Program-made: the position numbers and the translations under genes
DNA from: Candidatus Saccharimonadales bacterium
Lineage (GTDB): Bacteria > Patescibacteriota > Saccharimonadia > UBA4664 > DATIHN01
Assembly: GCA_035480635.1 (NCBI GenBank)
Contig: DATIHN010000016.1
Location: forward strand, 76,017-140,016
Length of the DNA stretch: 64,000 nucleotides
Direction: 5' to 3'
In this document: positions 1 through 9,207 of the stretch, in pieces
Layout of the letters: each line of letters begins with the position of its first letter
Numbering within the stretch: position 1 is the stretch's first letter
Notes under the pieces: model-generated
Seen by the model: the letters and a program-made list of their open reading frames with translations, nothing else
Databases searched by the model: none
Told to the model about the DNA's origin: nothing

Positions 1-37
1 TACTTCACCTTATAAGAACGAATTTAGCGATTAAGAA

Positions 38-415
38 CTAAAGCTCTAAATCAGCTAGTTCTTCCAGCTCTTTTTTGGTTTGAGCCTTGATATCAGTTTC
101 GTCTTCAGCTGTTGGTTCAGGCTCTTCTTTAACGGCTTCAACCGCCTCAGTTCTTTCGCCTTCTCCCTCTGGTTCAACAATTTTTAGGTTGACTCGCGAA
201 TCGCTCTTGGCGCCCAAAACTCTCAGGAGTGTCCGGATACTTTTAGCCGTAGCGCCGGCCTTACCAATAACTTTGCCCATGTCGGCTGGATCAACCGTTA
301 GTTCTAGCAGCACACCCATGTCATCTACTGTTCTTTTAACCTGAACTGCATCGGGGTTAGCTACCAAGGCTTTTACAACATATTCAACAAAGGCTTGATC
401 AATTTCAGTTGCCAT
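38..415 (-). CDS. khpA: KH-domain RNA-binding protein (KhpA/YlqC-like) with an acidic C-terminal tail
   Basis: 125-aa ORF. N-terminal region ~VIGKAGATAKSIRTLLRVLG matches the KH-domain GxxG loop. Sits immediately downstream of rpsP, as in the conserved rpsP-khpA arrangement. Confidence 0.7.
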   Translation of the reverse strand: MATEIDQAFVEYVVKALVANPDAVQVKRTVDDMGVLLELTVDPADMGKVIGKAGATAKSIRTLLRVLGAKSDSRVNLKIVEPEGEGERTEAVEAVKEEPEPTAEDETDIKAQTKKELEELADLEL

Positions 416-468
416 GGTTCGTCCTCTGATTACATACTAATAATAGCGTATCATGGCAAAATGTCGAA

Positions 469-1026
469 CTAAGCGTCTGTTGGTTCAGGCTTGGCATCAG
501 CTTCGGTTGAAGCTACTTCAGCCGCTACCTCGCTAGTCGCTTTGGCCGCACTAACGTCTTCGGCCAGACTAGCGGCCGTTTCGGCCTGGTTGGTTGGTTC
601 GTCTTTTTCGGCCACAGCATCAGCGTGCTCACTGGCCACCTCTGTCACACTGGCAGCCGATTGGTCTGATTCATCGCTTGAGGCGGCGACTGCCTCGGTT
701 TCAGCAGCTTGATCATTGGCCGGAGCCGCTTCCACTGTTGGCTGTGACTTTTTGGCCGGTCGGTTGCGGGTTGTAAGTTGAACCCACTCCGGCACGACTA
801 TCTTCTCTTGCTGTAATAGTTTAATCACGGCGTTCGATGGTTGGGCCCCATTGTTAATAAATTTTGTGGTCTCGTCTTTTTTAATAACCAATTCTTTAGT
901 GTGGGGATTATAATGGCCCAAAATCATGACAAATTTACCGATGGCAGCCCGCCGGGAGTCGGCGGCCACAATTCGGTAAGTTGGATACTTCTTACGACCG
1001 GTTCTGGCTAAACGTATAACTAACAT
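469..1026 (-). CDS. rpsP: 30S ribosomal protein S16 with a long low-complexity Ala/Glu-rich C-terminal extension
   Basis: N-terminus MLVIRLARTGRKKYPTYRIVAADSRRAAIGKF is canonical S16. The 185-aa length comes from a C-terminal acidic/Ala-rich tail. Confidence 0.9.
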   Translation of the reverse strand: MLVIRLARTGRKKYPTYRIVAADSRRAAIGKFVMILGHYNPHTKELVIKKDETTKFINNGAQPSNAVIKLLQQEKIVVPEWVQLTTRNRPAKKSQPTVEAAPANDQAAETEAVAASSDESDQSAASVTEVASEHADAVAEKDEPTNQAETAASLAEDVSAAKATSEVAAEVASTEADAKPEPTDA

Positions 1027-1107
1027 AGAACTAAAGAATTCTAGCTGTAATCAGGGTAAAAGTCAATTATAAACGTTCGGGCCCCAGTTTTTGGCTGGGG
1101 CCCATGT

Positions 1108-1836
1108 CTAGCTGGCTGCGACCGAAACTAATGCCACTGGTCGTTGCTGCCGATAGCGCAAGTTATGAATAATTGCAATCACCCGGGGGTCGAACATCAG
1201 CGCCAAATGTCCCGATGCCAGCGGCAAGCTACGCACCAGTTGGACATCTAGCCCAGTTGGCAAGTCGCTAGGCAAGTGCCTGCCGAAATAGTAACGGCGA
1301 ACGTCGGTACCCTCAGGGAATTCCAGGTCGAGCGCTGAACTGTGCGGCCAGACCAAGCCATCGCTAGCCCCGGCAATCAGCCGCACTGGAATCTCGGGGT
1401 CCCACTCAGTGGCGATGCGCTGCCGCAAGTTCTGGATGACTTCGCTTTCGGGGTGCATTTGGTTAATAGCCGGCAAAGTCCGGTCAAAGACCCAGGCCAG
1501 CGGCGCCGGTATGAACCTGACCCACTTGGTGCCGCCCAACGGTCCACAGAGCGAAACCACGCCGCAGACGTCACTGGGATGGTCGAGCGCATACATGAAG
1601 GCGTGAATAGCACCCTGCGAGTGCCCCATCTTGACCACCGGGCCGAGCGGCTCGATCCAATTGGCTAGGTCATCGGACAAGGTTTGATTAGTCAGCGGCA
1701 TGCTGCCCATGCCGAATTCCGGGATGGCAAATGGCCTGGCATCCCCCTCCAACCGATGTACGAGGTATGCCGTGTTGGCCACCCAACCTTTGATTACCCC
1801 AGTACCGCAAATCGTTGCTAGCGGTGCCAAACTCAT
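1108..1836 (-). CDS. alpha/beta-hydrolase fold protein
   Basis: GHSQG nucleophile-elbow motif (MGHSQGAIHAF). 242 aa. Confidence 0.6.
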   Translation of the reverse strand: MSLAPLATICGTGVIKGWVANTAYLVHRLEGDARPFAIPEFGMGSMPLTNQTLSDDLANWIEPLGPVVKMGHSQGAIHAFMYALDHPSDVCGVVSLCGPLGGTKWVRFIPAPLAWVFDRTLPAINQMHPESEVIQNLRQRIATEWDPEIPVRLIAGASDGLVWPHSSALDLEFPEGTDVRRYYFGRHLPSDLPTGLDVQLVRSLPLASGHLALMFDPRVIAIIHNLRYRQQRPVALVSVAAS

Positions 1837-1905
1837 TTCAGCCCCCTATGTCAAGAGAACTAGACTACTCTTGTAATAGCACAAGCACTTTACTTGCACA
1901 ATAGT

Positions 1906-2595
1906 TTATTTTTTGGCGTAGTCGGCTAGAGCTTGTTCGGCCGCCATTTGTTGCGCGGCCTGTTTGCTGGATCCTGTCCCCTTGCCCAGCATTTTCTTGC
2001 CAACGTAGACACCGACCACGAAGGTTTTATCGTGATCGGGCCCGCTCTCATCTAGAACCTTATAAGCTGGCGTGATGCCGTCATGATCTTGGGCCATTTC
2101 CTGAAACTTGCTTTTGGCATCGACCCAAGTACCGGTTTTGAGAATCCCGGGCAACTGAGCAATCATGTTCTTAGCAATGAAGTCGGCGGCGGCATCGTAG
2201 CCTTGGTCAAGATAAATGGCTCCAATAATAGCTTCGGTGGCATTAGCCGAAATTAACATTCGACTGCGATCATTGCCCTTGGTTTCGCCGCGACTAAGCT
2301 TCATAAAGTTCATCACCCCCAACTCCTCGGCCACAGCCGCCAGCGACTCAGTTTTTACCAGAGCGCTGCGCCAGTTGGTTAGATCCCCTTCTGGATTTTC
2401 ATAATTACGATACAGATGGTCGGTAACGACTAATTCCAGCACGGCATCGCCCAAAAATTCCAAGCGTTCGTTGTGCTCTAAACCCAGTTTAGGGTGTTCA
2501 TTTAAATATGAGCGATGAATGAAGGCCCGTTCTAATAATTTGGGGTCATTGAACTTCAACCCTAAAACGGCTTCGAACTCAGACACATCAGTCAT
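1906..2595 (-). CDS. rnc: ribonuclease III
   Basis: RNase III signature ERLEFLGDAVLELVV. C-terminal dsRBD-like region with KKxAEQxAA. Confidence 0.9.
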   Translation of the reverse strand: MTDVSEFEAVLGLKFNDPKLLERAFIHRSYLNEHPKLGLEHNERLEFLGDAVLELVVTDHLYRNYENPEGDLTNWRSALVKTESLAAVAEELGVMNFMKLSRGETKGNDRSRMLISANATEAIIGAIYLDQGYDAAADFIAKNMIAQLPGILKTGTWVDAKSKFQEMAQDHDGITPAYKVLDESGPDHDKTFVVGVYVGKKMLGKGTGSSKQAAQQMAAEQALADYAKK

Positions 2596-3071
2596 GATTT
2601 TAATTTCTCCAATCCCATCCGAAAGAGCTTTTCGGTGTCCTTGTACTCAATTAGTTTTAGGGCTTCCTCAGACTTAAACCACTTAACGTCGATGATGCCT
2701 TCGCTATCGCCCATTTTAAGGTCATTTGTGTTTTTGGTGGCTTCAGTTAGAAATACGCTAGTGGTCATAAAGATCAGCTTACCGGCCCGACGGTAAAAAA
2801 AGTAGATGTTGTCTAGTTTGTGGCGAATTTTGAGGTGCTTTAAGCCGGTTTCTTCGCCGATTTCGCGCAAGGCCGTTTGCTCCAGCTTTTCGCCTTTTTC
2901 GACGTGGCCTTTCGGAATTGTCCAGCGGCCCTTGTGGTCTTGGATCATCAAAATCTCGAGCTCGCTACCGCGGCCACGATAAACCACCCCGCCGGCGGTG
3001 AATTCGCGCACCGCCCTACTTGGCTGGGTCTGAGTTGGCTGCTTTGGCTTGATGGTCTTCTTCTGGTTCAT
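2592..3071 (-). CDS. NUDIX hydrolase (start uncertain; the long ORF extends to 3287 but overlaps nusB)
   Basis: Nudix box [18 protein letters not shown] (GX5EX7REUXEEXGU). ATG at 3071 (MNQKKT...) chosen to limit overlap with nusB. A GTG at 3012 is an alternative start. Confidence 0.6.
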   Translation of the reverse strand: MNQKKTIKPKQPTQTQPSRAVREFTAGGVVYRGRGSELEILMIQDHKGRWTIPKGHVEKGEKLEQTALREIGEETGLKHLKIRHKLDNIYFFYRRAGKLIFMTTSVFLTEATKNTNDLKMGDSEGIIDVKWFKSEEALKLIEYKDTEKLFRMGLEKLKS

Positions 3072-3498
3072 AGAAATCACTCTGGCGATAAATAGTACCG
3101 AGTACTCCGTTGACAAATTTGCTGGAATTTTCGCCCCCAAAGGCCTTGGCCAGCTCCACGGCCTCATTGATGGCCACTTTGGGCGGCACATCGCGCTTAA
3201 AGCACAATTCGTAAACTCCGATTCGCAAAACGATTTTATCGATTTTGGCAATTTGATCGACCGGCCACTCTGGTGCTGCCGGGCCAATCATGGCATCGAT
3301 GTTGTCTTGCTCTTTCAATACTCCCTGAACAATATCGTGGACGAAGTCTGTATCGTCGATGGCATTGGAAAATTCGCCCAGGTTGCGCTCTAGGATGGGG
3401 GCTAACACAACATCCTTTTCCTCGCTAGCGGCCCGAAAGTCATACTCGTAGAGTGTTTGCATCGCCACAATTCGGCCGAGATGACGATTGGATGCCAT
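3016..3498 (-). CDS. nusB: transcription antitermination factor NusB
   Basis: 160-aa ORF. NusB-like helical protein ([20 protein letters not shown]...) with typical length and position near rpmF/yceD. Confidence 0.8.
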   Translation of the reverse strand: MASNRHLGRIVAMQTLYEYDFRAASEEKDVVLAPILERNLGEFSNAIDDTDFVHDIVQGVLKEQDNIDAMIGPAAPEWPVDQIAKIDKIVLRIGVYELCFKRDVPPKVAINEAVELAKAFGGENSSKFVNGVLGTIYRQSDFYEPEEDHQAKAANSDPAK

Positions 3499-3653
3499 TA
3501 TTTGTTCTTAAGAAGCCCCAATTTGGCGGCCCGCACCAGGCGATGCGGCAGGGCAACACCAGCCACCATCACAAGTTGCGGTTGCTTGAGTGCGTCGTGA
3601 CTGCGGCGTTGGCCCTTGGTACTATTGGTCGTTCGTTTCTTTGGAACTGCCAT
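3498..3653 (-). CDS. rpmF: 50S ribosomal protein L32
   Basis: Not in the ORF track because it is under 60 aa. Reverse-complement translation [51 protein letters not shown] is canonical L32. It sits directly downstream of yceD, as is typical. Confidence 0.85.
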   Translation of the reverse strand: MAVPKKRTTNSTKGQRRSHDALKQPQLVMVAGVALPHRLVRAAKLGLLKNK

Positions 3654-4141
3654 TACGGTCCTTTCTTGATTCTTGGTCTATTCCCTAGTTCTTGAATTTC
3701 GTGTTTGTGGTCTTTGGTTTGGCGTTGACCACATTCGGTACACAAGCCGGCGCAATCAGTGCTACAAAGCTGCTGAATCGGGATACTTACCAAAGCCTCT
3801 TGGCGCAACAGCGGCGTTAGATCAATTTCGCCTCGGCGCGTTATCGGCCATTCATCCTCACCTGGATTTAAGTTAAAGAGCCCGGTCAAATTCACTTGAG
3901 CCTGATGCTCGTAGGTATCCAAACAACGGTAGCATTCCAATTTAAAGACCAAATCGGCGCTGCCTTTGAGCGCTAGCCCCTCATCCAATTTGGTCAAACT
4001 GAATTGGCCGCTAACCGGTTGTGAGAGTTCAAGATCTGGGATGTTAGGGTACTCCCCCTCAATCGTGAAATCGGTGCTGGCACCGACATCACCAGCCAAG
4101 ATGTGACTTACATTTATGTGCATGTGCACTCTTAGCGCCAA
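3653..4141 (-). CDS. yceD: YceD/DUF177 family protein (large-subunit rRNA accumulation protein)
   Basis: 162-aa ORF with CxxC...CxxC pairs (CYRCLD ... CAGLCTECGQ). Conserved yceD-rpmF gene order. Confidence 0.75.
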   Translation of the reverse strand: MALRVHMHINVSHILAGDVGASTDFTIEGEYPNIPDLELSQPVSGQFSLTKLDEGLALKGSADLVFKLECYRCLDTYEHQAQVNLTGLFNLNPGEDEWPITRRGEIDLTPLLRQEALVSIPIQQLCSTDCAGLCTECGQRQTKDHKHEIQELGNRPRIKKGP

Positions 4142-4231
4142 GTATAGCCTAATTTGGCAGTTTTGACAATTATTTGATCACAAAATTAACTAGTTTATGC
4201 GATACGACGATTGGTGCCAAACAATTTTTTC

Positions 4232-4678
4232 TCAGGAGACCTGACCTTCGTCTTCGGAGCCAACGGGTTTTCTGACTTGGGCTGGTGATCTTGGAGTTCT
4301 GGTGGACGCACCTTTCTCATAATCTAATACCTTCATACCACCTTCCACTGGTTTTACATTCTTGTCCTTCGAGGAATCATCTGTAAAATCAACGCCGAAC
4401 TTTGCTATATCACCAGATGCCTCGCCCATCTCCTTTTTAATTTGTTCAGCACTTTCTCCACGTTCGACCATTCTCTGCCCCACATTTTCTGCTAACTGGC
4501 TGGCTCTTTCGGCATAAGTTCCTGCCGCATTAGACCACTCAGCCATTTCTCGCCGTCTGGCTTCAGCCTCGGGACCACTGGCCTTTGCCACTTCTTCCAT
4601 AGCCTTGAACTTTGATTCATCAGGACTACCACTGGTAACCTCTTCTCCTTCAGGACCTGGCCCATCTTCTGCACCCAT
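4232..4678 (-). CDS. hypothetical acidic, low-complexity protein
   Basis: 148-aa ORF rich in E, G and A. No recognisable motif. Confidence 0.45.
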   Translation of the reverse strand: MGAEDGPGPEGEEVTSGSPDESKFKAMEEVAKASGPEAEARRREMAEWSNAAGTYAERASQLAENVGQRMVERGESAEQIKKEMGEASGDIAKFGVDFTDDSSKDKNVKPVEGGMKVLDYEKGASTRTPRSPAQVRKPVGSEDEGQVS

Positions 4679-4721
4679 GATTACCCCTCCTTAAGTTAAA
4701 AATCTAATATTAACTACAGGC

Positions 4722-7616
4722 TTACTTTATCACAAAGTTAACCAGTTTGCGGGGCACTACAATGGTTTTAGCGATTTGTTTGCCCTCAAGATGCCGAGCG
4801 ACGTTTTCAAGTTCGGCAGCGGCTTTTTTGAGGTCATCTTCATTTATTGCAGGATCAATCGTTAATGTAGCTCGGAGTTTACCATTAACTTGGACCGGGA
4901 CTTCGATTAATTCTAGGCGGACGTACTTTTCATCATACTTAGGCCAGGTGCTAACGTGCACGCTTTCGGTGCCGCCTAGCTGCTCCCATAATTCCTCGGC
5001 CACGAAGGGGGCGAAAGGTGCCAGCAGCTGCACCAAAGTGTTGAGAGCGGTGGCCCAGGCGTCATGGGCATCGGCAAACGGCAAATCAACTTTCAATTTA
5101 TAGAGTTCGTTGGTTAGCTCCATTAATGCTGCTACAGCCGTGTTGAAGCTAAAGCTGCCAATGTCGTCCGTAACTTTCTTGATGGTGCGATGGGTGGCCG
5201 ACTGCAAAGCCGTTTCTAGTTCGGTCTTTGAACTACCTGAACCTACCTTAATCTCATCAAATTCCTGTACCAGTGCCCAGACTCGTTTGATAAAGCGTTG
5301 CGCACCATCTATGCCATTAGGGTTCCAGTCGACATTTTGGTTATAGGGCCCAATAAATAACTCATAGATGCGTAAGGCATCGGCGCCGTAACCTTGCTCG
5401 GTAATATCATCAGGCGTCACTACATTACCGTAGCGCTTACCCATTTTTCGGCCGTCGGCCCCACCAATCAGACCCTGGTTGCGCAGCTGTTTGAACGGTT
5501 CCTGGAAATTGATCAGGCCTTCATCGGCTAGAACCTTGGTCCAGAACCTGGCATAGAGCAAGTGGGCCACGGCATGCTCGACCCCACCCACGTAGGTATC
5601 AACCGGCAGCCAGTAGTTAGCAAGCTCTGGTTCAAAAGGGGCTTTGTCGTTGTGGGGGTCAGCGAAGCGTAAAAAGTACCAGCTACTATCCACGAACGTA
5701 TCCATAGTGTCGGTTTCGCGTTTGGCTGGCCCAGCACATTTTGGACATTTGGTGTTAACAAATGATTCGACCTTGGCTAGTGGCGATTGACCGCTGCCGT
5801 CAGGCAAATAGTCTTTGACTTCCGGCAGAATAACTGGCAAATCAGCTTCTGGCACTGGCACCGTGCCGCAGTTGTCGCAATAGATAATTGGAATCGGTGC
5901 GCCCCAATAACGCTGGCGGCTGATGAGCCAATCGCGCATGCGGTAATTGGTGTTAGCTTCAGCCTGGTTTTGCTTAGCCAAGAACTCAGTAATGGCTGGC
6001 CTGGCTTCGGATGAGCTCAAACCATCAAATTCGCCGGAATTATACAGAATGCCATCGCCTGTCCAAGGTTTAGCCAGAACAAACTTATCGTAGGCATAAC
6101 GATGGAGGTCGTCATGAACCTTGCTACCAGCTTCTGCCACACTTAGCCATTCAACTTTGAACTTACCGTGCTCATCGGGCTCGAGTTTTTGACCACTTTG
6201 TTCGGTGTTCTCTAGTTCAAAATAGAAGGCAATGGCATCAATTGAACGGGCCACCTTTTTAGAGTGAGCAAAGTAGTTATGATGAATGGTTTCTGATTGG
6301 CTAATTAACTTCAAGTTCTTGTAGCCAGTCTCCTCGGCCACCTCGCGCCTGGCCGTTTGTTCGGGATCTTCATCCTCATCGATCCCCCCACCGACAAAGA
6401 GGTTGCCCCCACTACCGTCACCCCAGTTAATCGAGAGAAGTTTTTTGGTTTTAGGATCCCGCACCACTGCTACAATACTTCGGCGGTGTTCCGGGTTTTC
6501 CTGCGGCGTGCCTGTGACAGGCTCAATTGAAGTTTTTAATGGGATATCGTATTTGCTAGCAAACTCAACGTCTCGCTCATCATGACCGTCACCAAAAACC
6601 GCACCCGTACCATAGCCTGGCAAAACAAAATCGGCTAACCAAATTGGCAACTTCTCATTATTAACTGGGTTGATAGCGTAGCTGCCGGTAAAGACGCCGG
6701 TTTTTTCCCGATCGGTTTCCATGCGCTGAATGTCCGATTCAACGGCGGCTGCCTTCTGGTAAGACTCAACTGCCTTTTTCTGAGTCGGCGTGGTCAGTTT
6801 TTGAACCATTGGATGCTCGGGGGCTAAAACCAGGAACGTAGCACTGTAAATCGTATCAATCCTGGTGGTGAATACTTCGATTGCCTCTTTTGAGCTCTCA
6901 ACCTTAAACTTGACCTTCGCTCCATGACTGCGACCAATCCAGTTGACCTGCATGGCTTTGATATTTTCGGGCCAGTCAATGTTTGCAAGATCATCCAACA
7001 AGCGATCAGCATAATCGGTGATTTTGAAGAACCATTGATTCAAACGGCGCTTCTCGACCTCGTGCCCACAGCGTTCGCAGACGTTTTTGGTACCGTCTTT
7101 AATAACTTGCTCGTTGGCGAGCACAGTTTTATCCTGCGGACACCAATTAACGCTAGCTTCGGCCTTGTAGGCTAAATCTCGATGATAAAACTTCAGAAAC
7201 AGCCATTGAGTCCAGCGATAATAATCGGGTTGGGCAGTATTGATTTCGCGCGACCAGTCGTAGCTGATACCAACGGCCGAAATTTGCTGCTTGAATGCGG
7301 CGATGTTTTTGGCTGTTGATTCGGCCGGTGACGTACCGGTTTTAATCGCAAAGTTTTCGGCCGGCAGGCCAAAGGCATCCCAACCCATGGGGTGGAGAAC
7401 ATTGAATCCCTGCATGCGTTTAAAACGGGCGTGGGCATCGGAAATAACATAGTTTCGAACATGGCCAACGTGCATGGTCTCACCGGATGGGTAGGGAAAC
7501 ATTTCGAGCTCATAAAACTTAGCTTTGGCTGGATTTTGATCCGCCTGATAGAGCTTAGTATCATCCCAAACTTTGGCCCACTTGGCTTCAACTTCGGCTG
7601 GTATATACTGCTTCAT
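4722..7616 (-). CDS. leuS: leucyl-tRNA synthetase with an inserted NUDIX-hydrolase domain in the editing region
   Basis: HVGH class-I motif near the N-terminus and a KMGKR (KMSKS-like) motif. The CP1/editing region is recognisable (GTGAVFGDGHDERDVEFASKY ... YNSGEFDGL). An extra ~140-aa domain with a perfect Nudix box GGGIDEDEDPEQTARREVAEETGY lies between them. 964 aa in one uninterrupted frame. Confidence 0.92.
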   Translation of the reverse strand: MKQYIPAEVEAKWAKVWDDTKLYQADQNPAKAKFYELEMFPYPSGETMHVGHVRNYVISDAHARFKRMQGFNVLHPMGWDAFGLPAENFAIKTGTSPAESTAKNIAAFKQQISAVGISYDWSREINTAQPDYYRWTQWLFLKFYHRDLAYKAEASVNWCPQDKTVLANEQVIKDGTKNVCERCGHEVEKRRLNQWFFKITDYADRLLDDLANIDWPENIKAMQVNWIGRSHGAKVKFKVESSKEAIEVFTTRIDTIYSATFLVLAPEHPMVQKLTTPTQKKAVESYQKAAAVESDIQRMETDREKTGVFTGSYAINPVNNEKLPIWLADFVLPGYGTGAVFGDGHDERDVEFASKYDIPLKTSIEPVTGTPQENPEHRRSIVAVVRDPKTKKLLSINWGDGSGGNLFVGGGIDEDEDPEQTARREVAEETGYKNLKLISQSETIHHNYFAHSKKVARSIDAIAFYFELENTEQSGQKLEPDEHGKFKVEWLSVAEAGSKVHDDLHRYAYDKFVLAKPWTGDGILYNSGEFDGLSSSEARPAITEFLAKQNQAEANTNYRMRDWLISRQRYWGAPIPIIYCDNCGTVPVPEADLPVILPEVKDYLPDGSGQSPLAKVESFVNTKCPKCAGPAKRETDTMDTFVDSSWYFLRFADPHNDKAPFEPELANYWLPVDTYVGGVEHAVAHLLYARFWTKVLADEGLINFQEPFKQLRNQGLIGGADGRKMGKRYGNVVTPDDITEQGYGADALRIYELFIGPYNQNVDWNPNGIDGAQRFIKRVWALVQEFDEIKVGSGSSKTELETALQSATHRTIKKVTDDIGSFSFNTAVAALMELTNELYKLKVDLPFADAHDAWATALNTLVQLLAPFAPFVAEELWEQLGGTESVHVSTWPKYDEKYVRLELIEVPVQVNGKLRATLTIDPAINEDDLKKAAAELENVARHLEGKQIAKTIVVPRKLVNFVIK

Positions 7617-7706
7617 CTTTTATCAACTTTACCTGTCATTCTCTGGCTTGACCAGAGAATCTAATCACAGAGATCCTCGCATCACGTGCAAGGATGACAG
7701 CTATTA

Positions 7707-9017
7707 CTATTTTGCCGAGTCATAATCTTCGAATTGTTCCTTTTTGGTGGCCTGCCACTGGGCCGTCTGCCGGACTAATTTACTCCTGTCGGCGAGATTG
7801 CGCAAGACTTGGGCGGCAGCCTCTTCGCTAAAGACGCCGTTCTGGGAACCTTTAACCAAAATGGTATCGCCTGGCTGGATCAGGGGTTTCAAATATTTGC
7901 CGGCGGCGTAGGGCGACATGAATGATTTGATTTGACCCGCCTTAAGCCCCGCCTTAACGGCGGCTGGCACCAGGATGTCTTGGGCCTGGCGGCCAATGGT
8001 GATGAGTAGATCCAGCTGTCCGCAAGCTGCTCCAACTAATTCATGCCCCTCGCGAGCATAATCACCTAATTCATTCATCGAACCCAGTACGGCGATTTTG
8101 CGCCCGGTCGCAATTTTAGCAAGCGCCGCCAGAGCGGCTACCACGGCATCTGGGCTGGCATTGTAACTATCATCGATGATCAAGCTGTTATTCACCCCGT
8201 TTAGTAAATTCATCCGGCCGGCCACCGGTTTGAAATCAGCCAGGCCGCTAGCAATTTCAGTTTGACTTAGACCCAATTCTTGCCCAACAGCGGCTGCGGC
8301 CATCAAGGCATAGAGGCTGTGTTCGGCCACCACGTTGGTCTCGACATTGATCACTTTCTGACCCAAATCTAGTTGGCCGCTCAGAGTGTGGTTTTGGCTG
8401 ATTGATGTAAGAGTAAAATGGACGGCACCGGACTGGCCGTAGGTGATAACCTTTTGTTTGAGCTCGCTCTGGCGCATCTTTAGACCCTCATCATCGCCAT
8501 TGATTACGGCGACCTTGGAGCCGCGGGCCAAGCCAAATTCCTCATCGATAACGGCCTGCTTGGTTTTAAACTGGAGCATGTGTTCTGGAACCGTGGCAGT
8601 GACTACCCCAACATCGGGCTTGAGGAATTTCATGAAAGCCGGGATGTCACCGGGCTGATCGGTGCCCAATTCAACTAGGGCCACATCATAGTTGTAGTCT
8701 GTTCGCACAACTCTCCTGGCGGCTTTGAAGGTCGCTAGCCAAGCTAGGGGGTTATAAAGCGCTGGAACCTCTAACCCCAGAATTGAAAGTGGCACCGAAA
8801 TCGGATCATTATAATTGCCCTCGTGGTGATTAACGCGAAACTTTTGCTTTAATACGCTAGCAATCGCTAGTTTAGTTGAAGTTTTGCCAACGCTTCCGCC
8901 GACTGCCACCAATTTTAATTCTGGATTAGCTTGGCGCAATCGCCTAACATAGCCCTCGAGTACTGAAGCGAACAGTAATTTAAAAGAGCGTTTCATCGCC
9001 AGCCTCCATATGATCAA
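7707..9017 (-). CDS. murF: UDP-N-acetylmuramoyl-tripeptide--D-alanyl-D-alanine ligase (Mur ligase family; MurF-like)
   Basis: Mur-ligase P-loop VAVGGSVGKTSTK. C-terminal ILVKGSQ resembles MurF. The true start may be M8 (coordinate 8996). Confidence 0.75.
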   Translation of the reverse strand: MIIWRLAMKRSFKLLFASVLEGYVRRLRQANPELKLVAVGGSVGKTSTKLAIASVLKQKFRVNHHEGNYNDPISVPLSILGLEVPALYNPLAWLATFKAARRVVRTDYNYDVALVELGTDQPGDIPAFMKFLKPDVGVVTATVPEHMLQFKTKQAVIDEEFGLARGSKVAVINGDDEGLKMRQSELKQKVITYGQSGAVHFTLTSISQNHTLSGQLDLGQKVINVETNVVAEHSLYALMAAAAVGQELGLSQTEIASGLADFKPVAGRMNLLNGVNNSLIIDDSYNASPDAVVAALAALAKIATGRKIAVLGSMNELGDYAREGHELVGAACGQLDLLITIGRQAQDILVPAAVKAGLKAGQIKSFMSPYAAGKYLKPLIQPGDTILVKGSQNGVFSEEAAAQVLRNLADRSKLVRQTAQWQATKKEQFEDYDSAK

Positions 9018-9207
9018 CTGACTCTTTCGCAGCCTCAGAATCTAGCTGATTATTCCCAATTTCAACATCATTCAGGCCAGACCTTATGTCCTTAACATGT
9101 TTAAGTCTGCGTTCGCTACGAATAGCGTTAAGTTCCTCTGGCGTCGGCATACGATAGACGTCCCGGGCATCATCGGACGGTCGCTCGGTTGGAAGTTCTG
9201 CGCTCAT
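8980..9207 (-). CDS. small hypothetical protein (75 aa)
   Basis: ORF only. Its end overlaps the murF start by 17-38 nt. No motif. Confidence 0.3.
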   Translation of the reverse strand: MSAELPTERPSDDARDVYRMPTPEELNAIRSERRLKHVKDIRSGLNDVEIGNNQLDSEAAKESVDHMEAGDETLF

